From assembly GCA_034670305.1 (NCBI GenBank), contig JAXMNT010000037.1, forward strand, positions 1 to 64,000: a DNA stretch of 64,000 nucleotides. The letters are read 5' to 3'. The notes beneath the pieces are model-generated. The model had not been told where the DNA came from. It worked only from the letters and a program-made list of their open reading frames with translations, and searched no databases. This document shows positions 56,827 to 64,000 of this stretch, in pieces; the first letter of the stretch is position 1, and every line of letters starts with the position of its first letter. A program made the position numbers and the translations under genes. This stretch comes from Deltaproteobacteria bacterium. GTDB taxonomy: Bacteria > Myxococcota_A > Polyangia > Polyangiales > Houyiibacteriaceae.

Positions 56827-58728
56827 GTGCGTCTCGGCCGCCACCTTCTCCTCGGGTTCCTTGTGGGCTTGGCGGCGTGCGGAGGCGACCCCACCTGCGT
56901 TGACGAAGACTTCGATGGGTTCGGGGAGCACTGCGTCTTGGGCCCGGACTGCGACGACCAGAACGCTGGCCGGACCGACGATTGCGACATCGTGCCTCCG
57001 CCGGACTGCGATGCAGACCCGTTCTCGGTGGGCTGCCCCTGCCTCGGAGGGCTCGCGGGCTGCTACGGTGCGGACCGCGCCACGCTCGCGTTCGGCACCT
57101 GCCGAGAAGGCACCACGGCCTGCCGCGGCGGCCGCTGGGGCGTCTGCGAAGGACTGGTGCGGCCGACCTTCGAGACTTGCGAAGGCACGGACCAGGACTG
57201 CGACGGACGCGTGGACGAGGGGGTGCGCAGCCCCTGCGGTGGGTGCACGCCTGGCTGCATCGGCGGGGTTTGGGGCGAAGGCGAAGCGCCGTTCGAAGCG
57301 ATCGGCGACCTGGCGCTGACAGAGCGCGGCTGGTTGACCTTGCGGCGCGAGGAACGCACGACGGGCGAGGTCTGGGTGGCGAACACGGCGGAGTCGACCT
57401 TGAGCCGGATCGACGCGGCCGCTGCGGAAGAGGTCGGGCGCTACTTCACCGGGGGCGCCGAGCCGAGCCGGGTGGCGGTGGATTTTCTCGGCGATGTTTG
57501 GGTCGCGAACCGAGAGTTCGACGGGGTCAGTCGAATCCGAAAGATCGCGTCGGACCCGTCTCGCTGCATCGACCGGGACGCGTCGCTTTCGATCGAGACC
57601 TCGGACTCGCCGGTCCCGTTGCTCGACGACGAGTGTGTGCTCTTGACCGAAGTGGTCGGAGAGGTGGGGGACATCGCGCGTGCCCTCGCGGTCGATGGCG
57701 CCCTCGGACCCGATGGGGGCGGCGGGGGAGACCTCTGGGTGGGGCTCCACGATGGCGAACGGATTCTTCATGTGGACGGACGGACCGGGCAGGTGCTGGA
57801 CACCATCGAGACGCCAGGGTTCCAGCCCTATGCGGCGGTGTTCGATGCGTGGGGCACCCTCTGGATGATCAGCCGCGACGGGCTGCTCCTCTCCCTCGAT
57901 CGGTTCGAACGGCCGTTCGTGCCGGTGGTGCGCGAAGTGCCGCTCGCCTGTTTCCTGCTCTACGGACTCGATGTGGATGCCGAGGGCCGGGTCGTGACGA
58001 GTGGCTTCTCCTGCGATCGCGTCAACCTCTACGACCCAGTCGAAGATCGATGGCTCACGCGGACCTCGCCCCCGAGTCCGCGGGGGGTGGTCGTCGTGAA
58101 CGGCGACGGTGGCTCGTCCGCGTGGGTGGCCCACACCGATGGGCGGATCTCTCGCGTGCTGCTCGACCCGTTCGCCAGCATCGAGACCTTCGACCTGACG
58201 GCACTCGACGAGGTGCCGACCGAGTCGATCGGCGTGGCGGAGGCGCTTGGGGACATCTGGGTGGTCAGCAGCCGAGGGGCCGACCCCGCGTTCGGCGTCG
58301 CCACGCGGGTCGACGGACAGACTGGCGAGGTGAGCGCGCAGGTGCCGCTTGGCGCCTCCCCCCACTCCCAGGGCGACATGAGTGGCGCCAAACGAGAGGC
58401 GGCATTCGTTCCCGAGGCCACCACTCAGCACGTCTTCGATGGATGCGCCGATGGCGAGACGACGTGGGTCCAGCTTCACGTGGAAGCCGACGTGAGCCCC
58501 GGCGCGGCCGTCGAGGTCGCGGCCCGGCACGCGGCCGACCGAAGCGCACTCACCGCCCAGCCGTTCGTCGCTGTGGGGCAGCTGCGCGACGACCGCTCCC
58601 CGTTCCCACTCGACTTCCCACCGCGGGGCGTGGTCGAGGTGCAACTCACCCTACGGACCGAAGCGCGGGATGGCGCGCCGCGGGTCCGTCGGGTGGGTCT
58701 CGAGTGGTCCTGTCCCGGCCCGGATTGA
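56827..58728 (+). CDS. Cys-rich lipoprotein with acidic metal-binding-like repeats and a beta-propeller region
   Basis: LAAC lipobox; D.D.DG, DCDD and E.C.G.D.DCDG.VDEG; VWVAN, PSR.AVD..GDVWVANR. Confidence 0.78.
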   Translation: MRLGRHLLLGFLVGLAACGGDPTCVDEDFDGFGEHCVLGPDCDDQNAGRTDDCDIVPPPDCDADPFSVGCPCLGGLAGCYGADRATLAFGTCREGTTACRGGRWGVCEGLVRPTFETCEGTDQDCDGRVDEGVRSPCGGCTPGCIGGVWGEGEAPFEAIGDLALTERGWLTLRREERTTGEVWVANTAESTLSRIDAAAAEEVGRYFTGGAEPSRVAVDFLGDVWVANREFDGVSRIRKIASDPSRCIDRDASLSIETSDSPVPLLDDECVLLTEVVGEVGDIARALAVDGALGPDGGGGGDLWVGLHDGERILHVDGRTGQVLDTIETPGFQPYAAVFDAWGTLWMISRDGLLLSLDRFERPFVPVVREVPLACFLLYGLDVDAEGRVVTSGFSCDRVNLYDPVEDRWLTRTSPPSPRGVVVVNGDGGSSAWVAHTDGRISRVLLDPFASIETFDLTALDEVPTESIGVAEALGDIWVVSSRGADPAFGVATRVDGQTGEVSAQVPLGASPHSQGDMSGAKREAAFVPEATTQHVFDGCADGETTWVQLHVEADVSPGAAVEVAARHAADRSALTAQPFVAVGQLRDDRSPFPLDFPPRGVVEVQLTLRTEARDGAPRVRRVGLEWSCPGPD

Positions 58729-58729
58729 A

Positions 58730-59827
58730 CTAGGCGGCCTTCTTCTTGGCCTTCGCGGCGCCGGGCTCGGGTTTCTTCGCGCCGGGTTCCTTCGCGCTGG
58801 GTTCCTTCTTCTCCGCGGCCACCTCGGCCTGGGTCGGTGTCGGCGTCGCGTCGGGGAAGAGTTTCTTCCACAGGGTCGCCCGCATCTTGTCGTCGGCGAG
58901 CACCGCGGCCCGCGCCTTCTCTCGTCCTTGGCCCAGCGACACGTCTCCGAACTTGAAGTACGAGCCGTTCTTCTCGATGAGGTCCGCCGCGATCGCGCGG
59001 TCCAGCAAGTCCCCGACCGCATCGATGCCCTCGCCGTAGCGAATGTCGAACTCGGCTTTCTGGAACGGCGGCGCCAGCTTGTTCTTCACGACCTTCACTC
59101 GGGTCTTGTTGCCGAGCACTTCTTCGCCGTGTTTGAGCGCACCGATGCGGCGCACGTCGATGCGCACCGACGCGTAGTACTTGAGTGCGTTGCCGCCGGT
59201 GGTCGTCTCCGGCGATCCGAACATCACGCCGATCTTCATCCGGAGCTGGTTGATGAACATCAGCGTCGTGCCGGTCCGGTGCGTGATGCCGGTCAGCTTG
59301 CGCAAAGCCTGGCTCATCAGCCGCGCTTGCAACCCGACGTGGGTGTCGCCCATCTCGCCTTCGATCTCGGCGCGCGGCACGAGCGCCGCCACCGAGTCCA
59401 CGACCACCAGATCCACCGCGCCCGACCGCACCAGCGTCTCGGTGATCTCGAGCGCTTGTTCGCCGGTGTCCGGCTGGCTGACCAGGAGCGACTGAGGGTC
59501 CACCCCCAGTGCCTGCGCGTACTGCACATCGAGCGCGTGTTCGGCGTCGACGAACGCGGCCACACCGCCCGCGTGCTGGCACTCCGCGATCGCGTGCAGC
59601 GTCAGCGTCGTCTTCCCACTCGCTTCGGGTCCGTAGATCTCGACGACCCGCCCCCGCGGGTAGCCGCGGATCCCGAGCGCGAGGTCGAGCGAGGGCGATC
59701 CGGTCGGGATCGCCTCCACGTCGGCGACGCTCCGCCGGTCCCCGAGTTTCATGATGCTGCCCTTGCCGAACTGCTTCTCGATCGCACGCATCGCGTCGTC
59801 GATCGCTTTCACCTTCTGTTTCAACAT
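58730..59827 (-). CDS. recA: Recombinase A
   Basis: [58 protein letters not shown] and VVKNK.APPF. Confidence 0.98.
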   Translation of the reverse strand: MLKQKVKAIDDAMRAIEKQFGKGSIMKLGDRRSVADVEAIPTGSPSLDLALGIRGYPRGRVVEIYGPEASGKTTLTLHAIAECQHAGGVAAFVDAEHALDVQYAQALGVDPQSLLVSQPDTGEQALEITETLVRSGAVDLVVVDSVAALVPRAEIEGEMGDTHVGLQARLMSQALRKLTGITHRTGTTLMFINQLRMKIGVMFGSPETTTGGNALKYYASVRIDVRRIGALKHGEEVLGNKTRVKVVKNKLAPPFQKAEFDIRYGEGIDAVGDLLDRAIAADLIEKNGSYFKFGDVSLGQGREKARAAVLADDKMRATLWKKLFPDATPTPTQAEVAAEKKEPSAKEPGAKKPEPGAAKAKKKAA

Positions 59828-59968
59828 GCTGGTCCTCCTGCCGCGGACTGCGCGGCGGATGGACGCAGTTCACGAGGCATGCCGGCGCCGGAGGACGGAG
59901 TTCCGGGGACTTGGCGCCGGTCGGGTGGCGGGATGGCGGACGCGCACTGGCGGTCCGACGCCGAACCT

Positions 59969-61528
59969 CTACGTCAGGAACTCGAAACGTTTCTCGTTCG
60001 CTGCGACCAGCGCGCCCATCAAGTAGCCGACCACGCCGTGCACGTACGCAAGTCCCGCGAACAGCACGAAACCGAGTCCGCCCATGGTGAAGATGGCGCC
60101 GAGCACCGATCCACCGTCGCTCACGGCCATGGAAACCGCGGCCAGCGCGGCGGTGGCCGCCATGGCCAGGGAGAGCCCAGTCAGACCGGCGAAGCTGATG
60201 AGCGCAACCACCAGGTAGCCGACCGGCGCTGCGGCGATGCCGCGCACGATCGAGAGCACATCGAAGACGCCGCCGACCCGCCCACTGATCCCGCGGACGG
60301 TGAGCGCCATCGGCCAATAGAGGTAGGGAATGGCCAGCGAGGCAAACACGAGCGGCGGGGCCACGCCACGGGTCGCAAGCCAGTAGGGCATGCCGAACAC
60401 GAGGACCGCGACGATGAGACTCAATGCGCCCGACGCCATCAAGTCCACCGGGTGGGGCACCCGCAGCTCCGACACGTCCACGTCGCCGTCTCCGTCGTCG
60501 GTCAGCGCCGCCTGGGCGACCTGGCCGAACACGCTCGCCAGCATGCCGACGGCGGCGGTCGTGAGCCCGAGTCCCATCATGAGTCGAAGAAGGAACCCCG
60601 GAAGCAACAAGACGGTCAGCCCAACGGCGCCGGTGGCTCCCGTGGCGGCCAAGAGCAACCATCCGCGGCCCATGAAGGGCGCGACGAACGACACCGGGAT
60701 CCGCCCCCAGAACGAGGGCGGGTCGTGCTCCGCAGAAACCGTGTCCGGCACCCCGATGGGTGCGGCTGCGGAGGGTCGAACGCTCCCCGGTCGAACGCTC
60801 GCCGGTCGGACACTTTCGGGCGCAGCGCTGGCGGGCCGGGCGCTGGTCGCGGGGCGGGCGGCGGTGAGGTCTTCGAGGCGGACCTTCGCACCCATCTCTC
60901 GGCAGCGGTCGGCGACCCCGGCGCATCCTTGCGCGTCGCCCTCCCAAACGACCGTCGGGGCGGCGGACACAAACGCGATCGCTTCCCTCAATCCGATCCC
61001 CAGCAAGGGCGCCAGCGTCTCCGCGTCGGCGACCGGGTCGCGGAACGCCAACACCCAGACGCGGTGCGTGACGCGAGGCGGCTCAGCGGGCTGACCGGGC
61101 AGGGGCGGCAACCCCCCACTGTCCGCGGTCACGACGCTTCCGGTGGGATGGGGACCCGCGTGCGGCTGGGGCGAAGGCATCGGCGCCGGGTCGGTGGCGA
61201 GGTCCAGTCCGGGAAGGTCGTCGAAGCCGCGGTCGTCGAAGCCGTCGAACGCACCCACCCCGAAGTCGGGCGACGGCGCGGCGGGCGGAGGGGCCTCTGC
61301 CGTCTCCGGGATGTCCAGCGACAGCCCTTCGATGTCCGCGGCGAGCAGTCCGGCTTCGGCGGGGATCGGCGAGTGGCTCGGCGGATGGCCCGGCGGCTGG
61401 CTGCGCGGGGCGGGTGCGCCAGGCGGCACCGAGACTGGATCGGTCGCGAGCTCGAGCGGCGGGAATGCGTCTCCATCCGGCAGCTCGAATAGGCCGTCGT
61501 CGTTGGCCTTCCACGCGTCGTCGTCCAC
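59969..61528 (-). CDS. Membrane protein: acidic/Pro-rich N-terminus, L7/L12-CTD-like domain, multi-pass (DUF4013-like) C-terminus
   Basis: GIGLREA...V..AP.V..EG...GAKV.L segment and about 6 hydrophobic helices; start uncertain (GTG 61528). Confidence 0.6.
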   Translation of the reverse strand: MDDDAWKANDDGLFELPDGDAFPPLELATDPVSVPPGAPAPRSQPPGHPPSHSPIPAEAGLLAADIEGLSLDIPETAEAPPPAAPSPDFGVGAFDGFDDRGFDDLPGLDLATDPAPMPSPQPHAGPHPTGSVVTADSGGLPPLPGQPAEPPRVTHRVWVLAFRDPVADAETLAPLLGIGLREAIAFVSAAPTVVWEGDAQGCAGVADRCREMGAKVRLEDLTAARPATSARPASAAPESVRPASVRPGSVRPSAAAPIGVPDTVSAEHDPPSFWGRIPVSFVAPFMGRGWLLLAATGATGAVGLTVLLLPGFLLRLMMGLGLTTAAVGMLASVFGQVAQAALTDDGDGDVDVSELRVPHPVDLMASGALSLIVAVLVFGMPYWLATRGVAPPLVFASLAIPYLYWPMALTVRGISGRVGGVFDVLSIVRGIAAAPVGYLVVALISFAGLTGLSLAMAATAALAAVSMAVSDGGSVLGAIFTMGGLGFVLFAGLAYVHGVVGYLMGALVAANEKRFEFLT

Positions 61529-61592
61529 GCCGCACGATGCCACGCGTGCCCTGGTGCCGCTACGGGCCTGGCTCGCTTCGCCCCACTGGCGG

Positions 61593-61697
61593 CCAGCACT
61601 GCGACTCCCGAAGCCAGCACTGCGGTTCCCACGGACAGCACGGCGACTCCCGAAGCCAGCACTGCGTTTCCCGGAGCCAGCACAGCGACTCCCGAGG
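61593..61697. repeat. 5 x 21-bp degenerate tandem repeat
   Basis: Consensus CCAGCACTGCGACTCCCGAAG with alternating variants. Confidence 0.85.
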
Positions 61698-61763
61698 CCA
61701 ACAACCGCGCGCGGGACGACCAGCAGCACTGGAGGGAAGGGCAGCCGGCGGATACCGTGTCGT

Positions 61764-61976
61764 GTGCGCATCCATCCCTCGTTTCCGATCAGTCTTCTCC
61801 TGTCCTTCGCACTGCTCGGCGGTCAGCCGACGCGCACCGAGGCCTGCGCCTCGATCGGGCGGCGCGGGCCCGTCACGATCAGCGGGGAACAAGCGCTCAT
61901 CGTCTGGGACGAGGCGCGGCAGACCGAGCACTTCGTGAGAACGGCTTCCTTCGAGGTTCTCAATCCGTGGAGGTAG
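61764..61976 (+). pseudogene. N-terminal fragment of a DUF2330-like secreted protein
   Basis: Signal peptide ending EA-C, then EQALIVWDE...TEHFVRTASF; stops after about 70 aa. Confidence 0.5.
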
Positions 61977-61980
61977 ACGA

Positions 61981-63981
61981 CTACTCGCGGGTCGCGGCCC
62001 AGAACTGGTCGACGGGTCCGACGCGGTCGAGCAAGCCCGAGTAAGACGGCGAGACGTCGACCAGCACGAACCCGACTCCGCGCTCGCGGCCGAGGCGGGT
62101 CTTGATCTCTTTGAGTTCGAAGAAGCTGGTCTTGCCGGCCGGCACCAAGACGAGGACCCGGTCGGCCAGTCGGGCGGCACGGCGGAGCGCCGGACCCTTG
62201 CCCGCGCCTTCCCACGCCTCCACCGTCATCTGCATCGGAGGCTGCACGTCGAGGTGGTGGCCACCGGCGACCATCGGCATGATCGCATGCGGCATGGCGG
62301 GCATCACGGCGGTCGGGCCGCCGCCCATCTCGTCGCCCGAGGGCAAGGCCAACATCGCTTCGTCGAACGGTGAGCCACCGACGAGGGTGGTGTCGTACCA
62401 ATCGCTGCTGAGCCGCTGCGCGAACTGCTGGGCGAGCTCGCTGAAGTCCGGCTTCACCGGCACGATCAACATCTGACCCATCGCGTCCGGCACGAAGTCA
62501 TCCAGGTCCGCCACCAGGTCGTCGATCGCTTCGGGGTCGCGCGGCCAAATGCTCGTCCCGATCACCGGGCCCTTGCCCCAGAACGCGGTCTCGTTGGCGG
62601 TCTGCACCCGCAGGCCCTTGAGCTCGAGGAACATCAGGACGAGCAACGTCAAGAACACCGCGGCCATCGGGAGACCCGCCGCGACGATGTACTTCTTCTT
62701 GCTGGCCTGCGCGTAGTCGGGTGGGACCGCTTCGCTCATGATCGCGAAGCCGTGCCGCGGATCGCGCAGCGCATCTTCCATGCGCGCCTTCTGGGTTTGC
62801 AGCTCCGTGACGAGCGATTCGTTCACCCGAACTTCGGCCAACATGCCGGTCGCTTCGCCTTCGATCGACGAGAACTGCTCCACCCGCTCGCGGGCCTCGC
62901 GCGCGAGCCGGGTCAGTCCTTCGAGCCGCTGCCGCCCCGCCTGCAAATCCGCCTGCGCTTCGCTCAGGGAGGCCTGAAGGCTGGCGTACAGGGTGTTGGT
63001 CCCGGTCGTCGCGGTGCGCACCCGCTTGGCGCCACCGCCCGAGATCGCCGCTTGCAGCGTGGCGACCTGAGTCTGCAGCGCCTGTACCCGCGGGTGATCG
63101 TCGGAGAGCGACCCGCGCAGCTGGGTCAGCTCCGCCGTCAGCCGCCGCAGTTCGGTCTCTTCCGCGCTCGCGCCACTCGACGCGCTCTGGGTGGTCGTGC
63201 GCGGGGTTCGGCGAAGTTCGCGTTGAAGCTGTTCGCTGCGCGCTTCGAGTGCGGCCAACTCGGACTCGGTCCGATCGCGCGTCGCGCGGAGTTCCGCGGC
63301 TTCTTCGATCGCTGCTTCCTGTTCGGTGGTCAGGTCGGCGACCCCGTGCCGCTCGCGGAACGCGTCGTACTGCGTCCGGGCGGCGGCCAGCGCGGTCTCG
63401 CTCGCGCTGATCCGTTCCTGGAGCGTCCGGATGGCCTCTTCGATCCGCTGACGTTGGAGGGTCTGCTGGTGATCCAGAAACACGCTGGTCACGGTGTTCG
63501 CGAACTGAGCCGCGCCATCGGCGGTCTTCGACTTGGTGGTGATGCGCACCACCTGGGCGGAGTCCGCGTCGGCCGTGATGAGTGCGCCGACCACGTACGT
63601 CGGCATGTCGAGGTCGAGTTCGGTCCGCACCCGCTGCAGCACTTCGTCGATGTAGATCGACTGGATCATGCCGCCTACGTCTTGCGTCTCGTCGGCGGGA
63701 CCGCTGGCGAGCCCTTCGATCGGCGGCCGGCCTTCGTAGCGCAGCATCGCGGTCGCTTCGAAATCTGGCCTCAGGGCGAACTTCGCCAGCGGCAATCCGA
63801 TCGCGGCCCCGAGCAGGAAGGCGCCCACGAGCCACCAACGGCCGCGCTTGAATCGCCGCAACAAGCGGGATGGATCGACGGGCGACCCATACTTTTGTTC
63901 GTCGTCCTCTTCGCTTGGCGCATAGGGACCCGAACCGCCTCCCGGCGGGTCACCCGATCCTAGCTGGCGAGGTCCGTCCAA
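61981..63981 (-). CDS. Polysaccharide co-polymerase (Wzc/GumC-like chain-length determinant) with degenerate C-terminal kinase-like region
   Basis: N-terminal TM then P.FEATA.L; long coiled coil with HPRVQAL; A.PP; second TM; no Walker A seen; TTG start. Confidence 0.8.
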   Translation of the reverse strand: MDGPRQLGSGDPPGGGSGPYAPSEEDDEQKYGSPVDPSRLLRRFKRGRWWLVGAFLLGAAIGLPLAKFALRPDFEATAMLRYEGRPPIEGLASGPADETQDVGGMIQSIYIDEVLQRVRTELDLDMPTYVVGALITADADSAQVVRITTKSKTADGAAQFANTVTSVFLDHQQTLQRQRIEEAIRTLQERISASETALAAARTQYDAFRERHGVADLTTEQEAAIEEAAELRATRDRTESELAALEARSEQLQRELRRTPRTTTQSASSGASAEETELRRLTAELTQLRGSLSDDHPRVQALQTQVATLQAAISGGGAKRVRTATTGTNTLYASLQASLSEAQADLQAGRQRLEGLTRLAREARERVEQFSSIEGEATGMLAEVRVNESLVTELQTQKARMEDALRDPRHGFAIMSEAVPPDYAQASKKKYIVAAGLPMAAVFLTLLVLMFLELKGLRVQTANETAFWGKGPVIGTSIWPRDPEAIDDLVADLDDFVPDAMGQMLIVPVKPDFSELAQQFAQRLSSDWYDTTLVGGSPFDEAMLALPSGDEMGGGPTAVMPAMPHAIMPMVAGGHHLDVQPPMQMTVEAWEGAGKGPALRRAARLADRVLVLVPAGKTSFFELKEIKTRLGRERGVGFVLVDVSPSYSGLLDRVGPVDQFWAATRE

Positions 63982-64000
63982 ATCGTGATCCTGAGGGCCC

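Noticed and set aside
58730..59960. Intein in recA (or dnaB), or a LexA box upstream of recA
   Set aside because: Both proteins are normal length with contiguous motifs, and no convincing palindrome was found upstream of recA.

Overview
High-GC chromosomal window, most likely from a myxobacterium (Myxococcota, probably Polyangiales/Sandaracinaceae-like). This is an inference from the MYXO-CTERM tail, cysteine-rich lipoproteins, DUF4388 protein and kinase-PEGA module. Content is mostly housekeeping: fabD, fabL-like SDR, prs, rplY-pth-rpsF-rpsR-rplI, dnaB, tkt, feoAB, trxB, hpt, fbaB, tadA, recA, all four tRNA-Ser isoacceptors, tRNA-Arg(ACG) and SRP RNA. These are interspersed with uncharacterised envelope proteins. 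I see no integrase, transposase, phage gene, cas gene or CRISPR array. Best leads: (1) a candidate trans-envelope phospho-signalling locus at 24.1-31.0 kb, with a TerB-like/PPP-phosphatase fusion divergent from TPR-PEGA + Ser/Thr kinase + Cys-rich lipoprotein and a stand-alone copy of the PEGA protein's C-terminal module; (2) a recurrent gene-end architecture of stop codon, hairpin and hexamer microsatellite; (3) a fourfold tandem terminator array between rplI and dnaB; (4) a dispersed palindromic REP/MITE-like element family; (5) probable pseudo-enzymes and eukaryote-like enzymes. All family calls come from motif recognition by eye, with no database search. Start codons were often re-picked from the ORF track and are provisional.
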